Source: Methanomicrobia archaeon
GTDB lineage: Archaea; Halobacteriota; Syntropharchaeia; Alkanophagales; Methanospirareceae
Length of the DNA stretch: 64,000 nucleotides
Assembly (NCBI GenBank): GCA_016930255.1
Contig: JAFGHB010000005.1
Coordinates: forward strand, 6,942 to 70,941
Direction: 5' to 3'
A model generated the notes under the pieces. That model did not search any database. It was not told the origin of the DNA and saw only the letters and a list, made by a program, of their open reading frames with translations. The translations under genes were made by a program, and so were the position numbers. Shown here piece by piece: positions 21,136-31,579 of the stretch. Position 1 is the stretch's first letter. Each line of letters begins with the position of its first letter.

Positions 21136-21401
21136 GCTAGCAGTTGGTTCTATCAGTTTCATTTTTGCCTTTTGCTGGCTATCTCCTCTTTCGCTGGCTT
21201 ACTTTCCTATACCAGTGCGTCGCACTTCGATCCCTTGAACGGGTTAACCTCTGGCTCGTAGCCGGTGTTTTGCCAAACTTCCACATAAAGGATATGGACG
21301 CGTTGGCCCCGGGAATCAACTCGCTGAATGATTTTTGGCCAAAAAAACGCCCGTTTAAAGGCTCGTACTAGCGCGAAATCTATTGCTCATCGGAAAAAAC
21401 C

Positions 21402-21415
21402 GAAAGCTTTTTAAG
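21402..21415 (+). promoter_or_regulatory. BRE/TATA promoter of the fqo operon (probably leaderless)
   Basis: GAAAGCTTTTTAAG about 25 nt before the fqoJ ATG; similar motifs precede mvhD, fdhA and other genes. Confidence 0.6.
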
Positions 21416-21438
21416 TTACGAGCCAAAACGTTCATTCC

Positions 21439-21918
21439 ATGAGTGCAGATATGTTATTGCTGGCGACCCTTTCAGGTATAGCGGTTCTCTTCGCTCTGGG
21501 GGTCTTAGTGAGCAAGGATAACTTCTATTCAGCGCTTTTCATGTCCGTAACACAGGTTTTTGTCGCGACCGTTTACGCGCTCTTTAACCTGCAGCCAGTG
21601 TTCGTTCTACTCGTGTTCATCTTCGTCGGTGCGATCGGTATAGTAACGGTAGCGCTTGCAGCAACGTACAGGTCTGAGCCGGAGCGGCAAGTTTCTGGAT
21701 TGTGGGCAGCTCCCGTGGCTATAACTGCCCTTATCATTGCCTTTGCCCTCTTCTACTCGATGCTCAATACGCAACCGATGGCGGCCAGCACGATTGAATT
21801 TGAACTCGCCAATTTCCTGCCCGTTACAGAGTACCTGCTGATCATCGTTGCATTGATTTCGCTCGTTGTGCTCCTGCTGTTGTCTGTCTTGAAAATGAGT
21901 GTAGGGGGGAGAAGCTGA
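21439..21918 (+). CDS. fqoJ: F420H2:quinone oxidoreductase subunit J
   Basis: NuoJ-like membrane protein (IFVGAIGIV), first gene of operon. Confidence 0.8.
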   Translation: MSADMLLLATLSGIAVLFALGVLVSKDNFYSALFMSVTQVFVATVYALFNLQPVFVLLVFIFVGAIGIVTVALAATYRSEPERQVSGLWAAPVAITALIIAFALFYSMLNTQPMAASTIEFELANFLPVTEYLLIIVALISLVVLLLLSVLKMSVGGRS

Positions 21919-22245
21919 ATGCCTGTGATAGATATGATGAGTTTGTCGATAATCTATGCGGCGTCGTTTGCGATCTTACTGGTTGGATACCTTGCAGCGA
22001 TCTCGAGTAAAGATGTGATCAGACTTCTTATTGCGCTTGAAATGATGTTTGGAGCGGTGTTTATGGCGTTGCTGCCGCTCTTTTCCGTTGCGAGCCTCGT
22101 CAATACCGCGTTTGGCATCGCACTGATCACGATCTTCGCGAGCAGTGGCGAACTGTTGATCTTAATCTCCGCGATTGCCATGCTCGACCGGCAGAAGAAG
22201 AGTATTAAAACAAGCACAGTTACGATAGGAGGCGACGAGCTATGA
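21919..22245 (+). CDS. fqoK: F420H2:quinone oxidoreductase subunit K
   Basis: IRLLIALEMM, 3 TM NuoK-like. Confidence 0.85.
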   Translation: MPVIDMMSLSIIYAASFAILLVGYLAAISSKDVIRLLIALEMMFGAVFMALLPLFSVASLVNTAFGIALITIFASSGELLILISAIAMLDRQKKSIKTSTVTIGGDEL

Positions 22246-23705
22246 CGGGTATGTTTCTGCTAATCTTGATACTCCTGCCCTTACTGTCGGCGATTATAGC
22301 GCCACTGTTGAAGCCGAAGGCAGCGACGTATCTTACCGCCCTGTTCTTCTTACTGCCCTTCTTCGGTATAATCTACAGTGTTCTCACCAATTATACCCCA
22401 GTGATCCATCTAATGACTTTCTCAGCGCCAATTGGCGAAATTTATCTCAATTTTGACTTTATCTCTCATGCTCTGGGGCTTACGATTTGCATTGTTTCGG
22501 CTATGATTGCCATGTTCGCGTTACCGTACATGCAGCATCGATTCGAGGAGATGAAACTCGACGTGGAGAAGGAGTTCCGAACGTACATATTCCTCTACGA
22601 TCTCTACGCGGCTTCGATGCTCTGGCTCGTTTACAGTGGCAATCTGATCCTGCTGTACGTGTTCCTGGAAATCGCGCTGATCACCGCGTTCCTGCTCATT
22701 TACTTCTACGGCTACGGAAGCCGGCAGTGGGTGGGCCAGTTATACCTGATCTGGAGTTTAGTTGCCGGTGTTCTGACGTTGGCAGGGATTCTTATCATCG
22801 GTGTTAACCATGACACGCTGGCTCTCAATGCGTTAATGCTGCCTGGTGTTACCGTTAGCACGGTGGCGTGGGCGTTCATCTTTATTGGTATGGTGATAGA
22901 GCTACCGGTTCTCGGTCCGCACGTATGGCTGCCCTGGGCGCACGCAGAAGCGCCAACACCGCTGAGTGCTTTGTTAAGCCCATTAACCGTTGGTCTGGCC
23001 GGGTATGTCCTTTTACGCGTGGCTTTGATCGATTACTCCTTTATCGTTACGTATCGGATACCAATACTCGCGTACGCGCTGTTCTCAAGCATTTACGCCG
23101 GGTTCTCGGTCTTCAGGCAGACGGATTTCAAACGACTGCTGGCGTATTCCACGGTGTCTCAGATGGGGTACGTGCTGGTAGCGCTCTGTCTCGGTCCTTT
23201 TGGACTGATCGGCCTGGTCATCCAGTACATGTCCCACGCGTTCGGTAAGTCAATCTTGTTTTCGTCCGCAGGCGGGGTCATCGCAGTGCATCACGGATTG
23301 CGAGACCTGAGGAAGATGGGTGGTCTGCACGATTCCATACCTACGATCTCTAATGCGGCCGTGATGGGTTTCCTGAACCTCGGCGGGATGTTAACGATAG
23401 GCATGCTCGGCGAGTTCTTCATATTACGCGGCGTTATAGAGACGTTTGGCATCAGCACAAAGGCCTTACCGGTGCTCTTAGCGGTGATATTCATGTTCAT
23501 TCTCTCGGTTTGGTACGGGTTCTACACGATAAAGCGAGTTTTCTACGGTAAGCCGAAGAGCACGGAACGGCTAGAGATAAGCAGTTACCTCTACGTCCCG
23601 CTGTATATAATCGGGCTAGTGTCAATACTGCTCCTGTTCCCACCATTGTCATCCGCACTGATTCCAGGACTTAAAGCAGTTATATTAGGAGGGCTGATAC
23701 CATGA
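22242..23705 (+). CDS. fqoM: F420H2:quinone oxidoreductase subunit M
   Basis: HVWLPWAHAEAPTP.SALLS, KRLLAYSTVSQMG. Confidence 0.88.
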   Translation: MTGMFLLILILLPLLSAIIAPLLKPKAATYLTALFFLLPFFGIIYSVLTNYTPVIHLMTFSAPIGEIYLNFDFISHALGLTICIVSAMIAMFALPYMQHRFEEMKLDVEKEFRTYIFLYDLYAASMLWLVYSGNLILLYVFLEIALITAFLLIYFYGYGSRQWVGQLYLIWSLVAGVLTLAGILIIGVNHDTLALNALMLPGVTVSTVAWAFIFIGMVIELPVLGPHVWLPWAHAEAPTPLSALLSPLTVGLAGYVLLRVALIDYSFIVTYRIPILAYALFSSIYAGFSVFRQTDFKRLLAYSTVSQMGYVLVALCLGPFGLIGLVIQYMSHAFGKSILFSSAGGVIAVHHGLRDLRKMGGLHDSIPTISNAAVMGFLNLGGMLTIGMLGEFFILRGVIETFGISTKALPVLLAVIFMFILSVWYGFYTIKRVFYGKPKSTERLEISSYLYVPLYIIGLVSILLLFPPLSSALIPGLKAVILGGLIP

Positions 23706-25624
23706 ACGAGTGGATTATCTTTTTGTTGCTGTTTCTGACACCTGTCGTCAGTAGCGTTCCGATTGCGTTAGCGTACAAGAGTAAGGAATGGACGGAGAAG
23801 CTGCCGTATCTCTCGGTATTCGGGATCTTCGTTTCGGTCGTGATGAGTATTTATATCTTCCTCACGTTCCCGGAACAGCAATACTCGTACCCGTGGATTC
23901 CCGAGCTGGGGATTAATATCGTGGTCATCACGGACTATCTGAGCAGGTACATGGGCGTTGTTACCGCGCTTATCGCGTTCTTCATCGGCATTTACGGCCT
24001 CGATTACATGAAGGGCGATTACCGACCAAGCTGGTACTGGTTCTTCTTCAACCTGTTCACCGCGTCCATGCTTCTCGTGGTGTATAGTGACAACCTGTTC
24101 CTGCTCTTTGTCGGTTGGGAAGGCCTTGGTGGCGCTTCCTGGGGACTGATCGGGCACTGGTTCCGGGACGACGATGATATCGCATACGTGGGTAGAGAAG
24201 GGAGAAAGGTCGGGCCTCTATTAATGCACTGGCCACCGAGCTTTGGTGGATGGCGAGCGATCTCAACAATTCGATTCGGCGACGTTCCCATGTTCCTCGC
24301 AATCGCTGCGATATGGACATTATCACCCACCCTTAATATCTCAGAGATGGACTGGGGCGGACTGTTCACCACGATAGGAGCTGCCGGGACGATAATACTC
24401 TTCCTCTGTTTCCTCATGGGGCTGTTTACGAAGTCCGCACAGGTGCCGTTCTCTGAGTGGCTCATGACCGCGATGACCGGCCCGACAACTGTGAGTGCGC
24501 TCTTACACAGTGCGACCATGGTGGCAGCGGGAGCGTTCGTATTCCTTAAATTGACGTGGTATATCGAGCCGTGGACCTTGCATGGTGTGCCGGGGCTTGA
24601 GACGGTTTACACGATCGTCCTTTTCGTTGGGCTTCTATCAGGCTTGTACGGTGCGCTTTCGGGATCCGGCATGCTTGAGCGGAAAGTTCTACTTGCGGCA
24701 TCCACGATGTCCAGTATCGGACTGATGTTCGCATCGACTGCCGCTTCGTTCTGGGTCGGCCATTTCGCCGTGCTCGTCGGATTCTGGTATATGGCGGTGC
24801 ATGCGTTTGCAAAAGCGAGTTTGTTCCTCGTCAGTGGCCATTTGATCCACGCGACGCACAGCAGGTTCCTGGGCGGCGGTCGCGAGTTCGCGAAGAAGAT
24901 GACACCCGCATTTGTCGTTACCATCGTCGCTACTACGTTCCTCGTTGGTATGCCGCCGTTGACCGCATACTGGGTGAAGTCTGGAATGGACTTTGTCATG
25001 GAAGAGCTGCATCATGAGTTTGGTCTGCTGCCGCTTGCACTGCTTGTCGTTACCTCGTTGGTCTATTCGGGAATCCTCGCGAAGTTCCTCAGCTTGAACT
25101 TCATCAAGGGCGAAAAACCGCACCACGAGCATACCGAAGGCGGAGGGCTGATGAAAATCGGATACATCTTGATGGTCTCCGTGCTCTTTGTGATCACGTA
25201 CCTGTTCCTCTTTACGGCTGGCGAGGCACACGTATTCGAAGAATTTGTGCACGAAGGGCAGGCCGAGGTGTCTATTATAGTGGGATTATCAATTCTGGTA
25301 GCGTATGTCGTGGGACTTGTTAAGCCCCGGATAAGCGCTCTTTCCAAGCTCGGCACGTTCTTCAGCGACCGGATGTATCTCCCATTCCTCAACGATTACA
25401 TTGTGCCAAAGGTTGGTTTCTCTATCTCGGACGCCGTTCAGGACTATGGAAACGAGAGTATAGACGGATTCTTCAATACAAAGGTGATACCGAGCTTTTT
25501 CGGCAACGTTTCCACGAGAATCAGATCTATTCAGACCGGGTACCTCAGTAGATACGTAAACATAGTTCTCGGTGTTGTGATGGCAATTCTTATATTAGTC
25601 GCAATAGGAGGGGTGTTGCTATGA
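23702..25624 (+). CDS. fqoL: F420H2:quinone oxidoreductase subunit L
   Basis: GWEGLG, KSAQVPFSEWL..AMTGPTTVSALLHSATMVAAG. Confidence 0.9.
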   Translation: MNEWIIFLLLFLTPVVSSVPIALAYKSKEWTEKLPYLSVFGIFVSVVMSIYIFLTFPEQQYSYPWIPELGINIVVITDYLSRYMGVVTALIAFFIGIYGLDYMKGDYRPSWYWFFFNLFTASMLLVVYSDNLFLLFVGWEGLGGASWGLIGHWFRDDDDIAYVGREGRKVGPLLMHWPPSFGGWRAISTIRFGDVPMFLAIAAIWTLSPTLNISEMDWGGLFTTIGAAGTIILFLCFLMGLFTKSAQVPFSEWLMTAMTGPTTVSALLHSATMVAAGAFVFLKLTWYIEPWTLHGVPGLETVYTIVLFVGLLSGLYGALSGSGMLERKVLLAASTMSSIGLMFASTAASFWVGHFAVLVGFWYMAVHAFAKASLFLVSGHLIHATHSRFLGGGREFAKKMTPAFVVTIVATTFLVGMPPLTAYWVKSGMDFVMEELHHEFGLLPLALLVVTSLVYSGILAKFLSLNFIKGEKPHHEHTEGGGLMKIGYILMVSVLFVITYLFLFTAGEAHVFEEFVHEGQAEVSIIVGLSILVAYVVGLVKPRISALSKLGTFFSDRMYLPFLNDYIVPKVGFSISDAVQDYGNESIDGFFNTKVIPSFFGNVSTRIRSIQTGYLSRYVNIVLGVVMAILILVAIGGVLL

Positions 25625-26877
25625 TCTCAACGACGATAATGATGATGTTCGGGGCCTTAGTGATCTTGACGCTGTGTTCTGTAGTTGCCGTTAAAGTCCG
25701 TGACGCTGGATTGGTTGGCGCGATTGTAGCGATCCTGCTTGGGTTCGCAGCGGTTACGTTCTCGAACCCCAGTCTCATTTATTATAGCGCATTCGTGCTC
25801 GTGATTAGTTTCATCAACCTTGCTTCGCTCAAGACGATCAAGAGCGTCATTCAAGGCGTGGATTACGGCCTAGTCGGATTGATGGCGCTGGCAACGCTGT
25901 ACATCTTCAGTACGCAGGATCTCGCCATGGTTCTGGCCGCGTTTGTGATCGTTTCCGTGCCCACCTATATCCTGGTGATGGTGCGCGAGGGCGGCACGAA
26001 CGTAGAGGTGGGCGTCAAATACATCACCTTTATGGTTCTGGCCACCGTTCTGTTCCTGATCGGCGCGGTTACCTTGGCGTACACGAATAACGCACCGAAC
26101 GACCTCCTGTACATCTTCGGCTACGTAATGCTCGTGTTAGGGTTGAGCATGGAAGTAGGCGTGGCGCCGTTGCACGAGTGGGTTCCGGACGTTTTCGCAA
26201 GTGCGGATCCGATTCCACTGTCTATCATCGCTTCGCTTGCCAAGGTCGTTCCGTTTATCATCGCTTTGAAGATACTACACTCCACTGCGACTCCGTTGAT
26301 CGTTTCGCTCTCACTCTTTACCGCGGTGCTCGCGGCAATCTCCATGTTTACTGGTAATATCGGAGCGTTGACCTCGAAAGAGCCGGCACGCGTGCTCGCG
26401 TATTCTACGGTTGCGAACATGGGGTACGTGCTGGCATGCGTGGTGGTGATAGCGAAGCCGGAGTACTTCTATTTCGCGCTGACCGGAGCGTTGCTCATGC
26501 TGTTCGCAAATGCTGCGGGAAAGATAGGGTTCTTCAACGCGATCAAGAACAAAGGCGCGTTCTCACCGCTGATGTACATGCTTGCGTTCTCCTTCATCGG
26601 GCTGCCACCGCTCATGGGATTCTGGGGTAAGCTGTTCATCCTTTTCACTCTAGTCAAGGCCGAGTATGTCTGGCTGGTTGCACTGATGGTTCTCAATTCC
26701 GCAATATCGGTTCCGTATTATCTGCGGCTCGCGCGGGAACTCGGCGTCGGATGGAAAGCTGACCTCACCAATTACATCTGCGTCGCCGCGGTGCTTCTAA
26801 CGTTGGTCACGTTCTTGCCAGATTGGTTCTTTAAAGGAATGGAGGTAATCGCCCAGACGATAAGTATAGCGATATAA
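25621..26877 (+). CDS. fqoN: F420H2:quinone oxidoreductase subunit N
   Basis: APLHEWVPDV, RVLAYST.AN.GY, GLPPL.GFWGK. Confidence 0.88.
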   Translation: MISTTIMMMFGALVILTLCSVVAVKVRDAGLVGAIVAILLGFAAVTFSNPSLIYYSAFVLVISFINLASLKTIKSVIQGVDYGLVGLMALATLYIFSTQDLAMVLAAFVIVSVPTYILVMVREGGTNVEVGVKYITFMVLATVLFLIGAVTLAYTNNAPNDLLYIFGYVMLVLGLSMEVGVAPLHEWVPDVFASADPIPLSIIASLAKVVPFIIALKILHSTATPLIVSLSLFTAVLAAISMFTGNIGALTSKEPARVLAYSTVANMGYVLACVVVIAKPEYFYFALTGALLMLFANAAGKIGFFNAIKNKGAFSPLMYMLAFSFIGLPPLMGFWGKLFILFTLVKAEYVWLVALMVLNSAISVPYYLRLARELGVGWKADLTNYICVAAVLLTLVTFLPDWFFKGMEVIAQTISIAI

Positions 26878-26891
26878 TGGGAAGAGAGAAA

Positions 26892-27248
26892 ATGATAGAA
26901 AATGTACTGATAATCGGTGTCCTGATCGCTGTGTGCGTGCTGGTAGATCTGGTTCTGCTCTTGCTCGTGAAAGTATTGCCGAGGTATGACCTGACGGAGA
27001 TAAAGACGATGCGGTGGGAAGCAGGGAACCCACCGATGAAGTTCCCGAAGTATACGCTGTCCATGCAGTATTTCGGGTATATGTACCTGTTCATGGCGGC
27101 GGAACCCGTTGTCGTTCTTCTGCTCCTGTTTGCAGCGTATCAAACGGTAAGCTTCCTGATGCTGTTGCTGCTTTCACTCGTCCTGATGGTGCCTGCGATC
27201 TATGCGGGCTATACGATCACACTTGAAATGGCGGAGGCAAGAAGCTAA
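26892..27248 (+). CDS. fqoA: F420H2:quinone oxidoreductase subunit A
   Basis: K..RWEAGNPP, YF.Y..LF...E; NuoA-like 3 TM (alternative ATG at 26877). Confidence 0.85.
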   Translation: MIENVLIIGVLIAVCVLVDLVLLLLVKVLPRYDLTEIKTMRWEAGNPPMKFPKYTLSMQYFGYMYLFMAAEPVVVLLLLFAAYQTVSFLMLLLLSLVLMVPAIYAGYTITLEMAEARS

Positions 27249-27293
27249 GCTAGGAGAAGAGAAAAAACATAAAGAGAGGTGACGAGATAAAAA

Positions 27294-29615
27294 ATGGAAA
27301 ATCCAAACAAACATATAGACTTCCTCGAATCAGGACCCCTTGCACCGTTTAAGAAATGGGCTGCGAAGTGGAGTTTATGGCCTTGCCATTTCATTACATC
27401 CTGCTGTGGCGTTGAACTCGCCCATGCGTTTGCGTGCGGCTATGATGGTGAACGATTGGGAACGTTGAACCTCGGTATCGCGCGGCAGTCGAACTTTATC
27501 ATCATTGAGGGGACGATCTCAAGGAAGATGGCGCGGGCGTTGCAATTCGTGTACGGGCAGATGCCCGACCCGAAGTTCGTGAACGTGATTGGCGCGTGTG
27601 GTGAGCGAGGCGGAATATTCTGGAACAGCTACAACATCACGCATCCTTCTGATATCGTTCCGGTCGATTTCTTTATCCCTGGCTGTCCGGTAACACCCGA
27701 GAGCCTTTTACGGGGAGTGAGAGCGCTTCAAGATAAGATATCAGGTGTAAAAAACCAAAAGACGATAGAATTCACGAAGGTGGAGCTGCCGTTCGAGCAG
27801 AAGCTGGAGGAACGAATGGTGCCCACATCGCCAAAGATCTATGCGCCGACGCCCGATATCCGAGTGGACGTTAAAAGGATGGTTGACTGGTCGTTCGGCA
27901 AAGGGTTAGAGGCTCGTTTCAAAAAGGACCTGAAAGGTCTTTATGAATCCATAACGATCACCGGTACGAATCGGATAGCGATAAAAACGACGCCGGAGAA
28001 CCTGATAAAAGTTGCACAGCGGCTCAAGGGTCAGATGCAGTTTGACCACGTAAAGAGCGTGAATGTGATCCAGGTGCCGCACGAGCGGAAGTTTATTGTG
28101 GAGTACCTGACTTCAAGTTACCGTGTTGAAGAGCTCATGCCTGTGCTCGTAACCATTTTCACGGAGATCGGGCTGAAGGATCCGAAGATCAAGAGCCTGA
28201 TGTCCATATGGGAGAGCGCGAATTATTCCGAACGGGAATTGCACGAGTTCTTTGGCGTCTGGTTCGAAGGGAACAACTGGATGGGCAAGAAGTTCTTGCT
28301 GGCGCCCGACACGCCGGATCTCCCGCTGCGTAAGGAATTCAAGCTTCCCGATGAGCGATACGTCTTTGAGAAGGATGTGGAGCCTGAGTTCATGGTGCCC
28401 ATCGAGCCGCCAAAGGATCTGTATACCCCGATTTGGCAAGAGTTTATAGATGAGGCGTACGATAGTGACGAGATGGTCGTTCCCATAGGACCACACCATG
28501 CGGGCAGCGGGCATCTCAGGGTGACGTTCAGGATAAAGGGAGATCGAATCGTAGATGCCATTCCCGAACCGGGATTTGTGCACCGCTCGATGGAGAAGCT
28601 TGCGGAGAACAAGCTGTATATCCAGAACGTTCCGCTGTTTGAGCGTTTGGCGATCAACGATCCGGCGAACATGAACTTAGCGTACGTCAGGACGATAGAA
28701 GACGCGCTGGGCGTGGAAGTGCCGGAGAGAGCGAAGTATTTACGGACCATCATGGCCGAGCTCTCACGGTTAGAGGCGTTCTTCTACGACTCCGGGATAT
28801 TCTCCCTGTTCTTCGGCCATACCACGGGCTTCATGTACTGCATGGCAATCAGGGAGATGTTAATCGAAGCGCTGATGCATATCTCAGGCTCGCGAAGCGG
28901 GCCTTCCTTCATCGTTCCCGGTGGACTGCGGCGAGACATTTCGGATGACGTGCTCCAGATGATCGATAACATCACGTTTGCAATCCACAAGAGGATGAAG
29001 AAGTTTGAGAACATCTTTGTCTATAACCCCGTGACGATAGCGCGAGCAAAAGGTGTCGGGGTGCTGACGAAGGAGGACGCAATACGCTGCGGTATGGTAG
29101 GGCCATTCCTGCGAGCGTCCGGTGTGAATTACGACGTCCGGAAGATCGCGCCGTATGAAGCGTACGATAAGCTTGATTGGGAAGTGACGACCGGCGACGA
29201 CGGCGATTGTCTGGGCAGGTTCCTGGGCAGGCTGGAGGAGATACGCGAGAGCATAAAGATAACGAAACAGGCAGTGGACGCAGTGCGAGGTATAAAAGGC
29301 CCGATTCTGAGCGAAGATATCCTCGGCGAGTACAAGGAGGCTGCAAGCGACATAAAGGGCAGTTTCTTCAGAGTTTACGGCAACTTGGTGCTGCCAAAGG
29401 GTGAATGGACGACCATTACCGAGGCAGCCCGGGGCACGACGTTGTTCACGATTAGTAGCGATGGCGAATCGAATGTTCCGTACCGTGTGCGGGTCATAAG
29501 CCCCTGTTGGATGAACCTGAGAGGCTTTATGGAAGCGGTCAAGGGCGGACGATATGCAGACTTCTGGGCGGTGTATGGTAGCTTTGGGTACTTCCCACCG
29601 GAGGCGGATAGATAG
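27294..29615 (+). CDS. fqoBCD: fused F420H2:quinone oxidoreductase subunits B-C-D
   Basis: TSCCGVE...GAC...PGCP (B), ERE.HEFFG (C), GPHH...G.LR, GFVHRSMEKL (D); no NiFe CxxC motifs. Confidence 0.9.
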   Translation: MENPNKHIDFLESGPLAPFKKWAAKWSLWPCHFITSCCGVELAHAFACGYDGERLGTLNLGIARQSNFIIIEGTISRKMARALQFVYGQMPDPKFVNVIGACGERGGIFWNSYNITHPSDIVPVDFFIPGCPVTPESLLRGVRALQDKISGVKNQKTIEFTKVELPFEQKLEERMVPTSPKIYAPTPDIRVDVKRMVDWSFGKGLEARFKKDLKGLYESITITGTNRIAIKTTPENLIKVAQRLKGQMQFDHVKSVNVIQVPHERKFIVEYLTSSYRVEELMPVLVTIFTEIGLKDPKIKSLMSIWESANYSERELHEFFGVWFEGNNWMGKKFLLAPDTPDLPLRKEFKLPDERYVFEKDVEPEFMVPIEPPKDLYTPIWQEFIDEAYDSDEMVVPIGPHHAGSGHLRVTFRIKGDRIVDAIPEPGFVHRSMEKLAENKLYIQNVPLFERLAINDPANMNLAYVRTIEDALGVEVPERAKYLRTIMAELSRLEAFFYDSGIFSLFFGHTTGFMYCMAIREMLIEALMHISGSRSGPSFIVPGGLRRDISDDVLQMIDNITFAIHKRMKKFENIFVYNPVTIARAKGVGVLTKEDAIRCGMVGPFLRASGVNYDVRKIAPYEAYDKLDWEVTTGDDGDCLGRFLGRLEEIRESIKITKQAVDAVRGIKGPILSEDILGEYKEAASDIKGSFFRVYGNLVLPKGEWTTITEAARGTTLFTISSDGESNVPYRVRVISPCWMNLRGFMEAVKGGRYADFWAVYGSFGYFPPEADR

Positions 29616-29638
29616 GAGTATAGGAGAGGAGAAGAAAA

Positions 29639-30817
29639 ATGATAGATATAAGCGGTCTCATAAGCACGATAATGAGCAACCAAGTGAATATCCCCTTACT
29701 GTACGTGATCTACGAGTTCTTGCTCACGATACCAGTGATCGGAAGTATCGTTGCGTTCATTTTTAACATGATCCCCATATCCGGGGTTCCGATCGTAAAG
29801 CTGATCATTGGATTTGTACTGTGGAAGCCGATGTTTATAATGCTCCTTTTGCCGGGGTTCGCGACGCTGGGTACTATGCTGCTCGTTTTGCCTTGGCTGG
29901 AACGGAAACTTGTGGGCCGGATGCAATGGCGGGTGGGTCCGCGTGAGATTGCACCGCGTACAAGAGGAAGTATTCAGTTGCTCGCAGATACATTCCGCTT
30001 CCTTTTCCAGGAGGTAATCATCCATAAGGATGCGGATCGCCTGTATTTCTTACAGTTCCCGTTCCTCTATTTCCTGCCCGTGCTACTCCCGCTCCTCTTT
30101 ATCAATATGGGAGCTGCCGGTCGGCCACTCGTACCCATAGAGACGCCTTACGCACTGCAGATAATGATCGGGTTGGTCAGTTTCATGCCTGTATTCATCA
30201 TGGGCGTTGGCTGGGCTTCGAACAACCGGTTCGCGTTCATCGGTACGGTTCGAGAGGCGTTCATGTACTTTGCCTACGAAATACCGTTTATTATGGCAGT
30301 GCTCGCGATGATTATCCTTTATGGCACATCAAACACCGCAGATGTTATGAGTCTCGCGTTAGGTAACCAAAGCTCGTGGTGGAACTGGGGAATCGTCCTC
30401 AATCCGCTCGCTGCGCTCACGTTCTTCATTGCAATGGTGATGGCGACCGCGCGATTGCCGTTTGAGATCCCAGAAGCAGATCAGGAGTTGGCCTTCGGAC
30501 CGTTCCTCGAGTTATCGGGTATTGCCTTCGGGCTTGCGTACATAATGGCGTACGAGAAGATGTATGTGCTCGCTGCGATCATGACGATGTTGTTCCTTGG
30601 CGGTGGCAGCGGTCCGGTCATTCCCTATTTGGGCGATTTGTCCTACGGTATCTGGTTCGTGGTGAAGACACTGGTCATTCTGCTGGTCGGGGTCAACCTC
30701 CGTGGCGTGTATCCGCGGTATCGGCTTGACCAAGCACTGAATGTGGGATGGAGCGCAATACTCGTACTTGCTTTGGTTGCACTTGTATGGTCAGTCGTAT
30801 TAGGAGGATTACTATGA
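29639..30817 (+). CDS. fqoH: F420H2:quinone oxidoreductase subunit H
   Basis: ERKLVGRMQWRVGP, RLPFEIPEADQEL, PRYRLDQ. Confidence 0.92.
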   Translation: MIDISGLISTIMSNQVNIPLLYVIYEFLLTIPVIGSIVAFIFNMIPISGVPIVKLIIGFVLWKPMFIMLLLPGFATLGTMLLVLPWLERKLVGRMQWRVGPREIAPRTRGSIQLLADTFRFLFQEVIIHKDADRLYFLQFPFLYFLPVLLPLLFINMGAAGRPLVPIETPYALQIMIGLVSFMPVFIMGVGWASNNRFAFIGTVREAFMYFAYEIPFIMAVLAMIILYGTSNTADVMSLALGNQSSWWNWGIVLNPLAALTFFIAMVMATARLPFEIPEADQELAFGPFLELSGIAFGLAYIMAYEKMYVLAAIMTMLFLGGGSGPVIPYLGDLSYGIWFVVKTLVILLVGVNLRGVYPRYRLDQALNVGWSAILVLALVALVWSVVLGGLL

Positions 30818-31548
30818 AGAAAGTAGGAACACCGGACTACAGCACGTCGGACAAGTTAAAGACACATGTATCTGCACTGGGAACTGCGGCGAAGGAGATG
30901 CTCATACCGCTGAATATAACGACACACTACCCGCGGGAAAGGAAGAGGCAACCGGCCTGTTTCAGGGGCTATATGCTCTTTGATCCCGAGCGGTGCATCA
31001 GTTGTTTCCAATGCTCGTTTGTATGCCCAGCGAATGCGATCTGGATGAAAGAAGCGCCGAGCGGGCGATATTATCCGACGGTCGATTACGGTAAATGTAT
31101 CTTCTGCCATTTCTGCGTGGATTCGTGTCCGGGCAGTGCATTACGGACAACGAAGATCCACGACGTGGCGTACAAGACCATGGACGAGATGTTCACGAGC
31201 ACTGAAGAGCTGGTAGAACCGCCGAAGATAGTACGCGAGGACAAGGTGGTTGTGGACTACGTGATAGACCAGGAAGACCTCACGCTGAAACGCACGAAGG
31301 AAGTGGACGAGCTTATTGTGGAGGTTGAGCCAACCCCTGGGGTTCCACTGGTGAGTCAGTGTGTGGACCGAGGGAGCTGTATTGCGTGCAAGGTTTGCGA
31401 GCGAGTGTGCGAGAGCGGAGCGGTTTCGGCGGTTGTCGATGAGGCGACGATGACCGTGCAGATGAGTATAGATCAAGAGAAGTGCACCGGGTGCGGCTTA
31501 TGTGTTAAGGAATGCTCAATGCAGATTTTAAGTCTTGTTAGGAAGTGA
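30814..31548 (+). CDS. fqoI: F420H2:quinone oxidoreductase subunit I with extra 2x[4Fe-4S] domain
   Basis: T.HYP.E, four CxxCxxCxxxC motifs; ATGA overlap with fqoH. Confidence 0.88.
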   Translation: MKKVGTPDYSTSDKLKTHVSALGTAAKEMLIPLNITTHYPRERKRQPACFRGYMLFDPERCISCFQCSFVCPANAIWMKEAPSGRYYPTVDYGKCIFCHFCVDSCPGSALRTTKIHDVAYKTMDEMFTSTEELVEPPKIVREDKVVVDYVIDQEDLTLKRTKEVDELIVEVEPTPGVPLVSQCVDRGSCIACKVCERVCESGAVSAVVDEATMTVQMSIDQEKCTGCGLCVKECSMQILSLVRK

Positions 31549-31579
31549 AGGAAGAGGGGGAGAGAGGAGAAGAAAGAAG

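Noticed and set aside
27294..29615. Group 4 [NiFe] hydrogenase large subunit
   Set aside because: No N- or C-terminal CxxC nickel ligands; the operon includes NuoA/J/K-like and F420-binding subunits.
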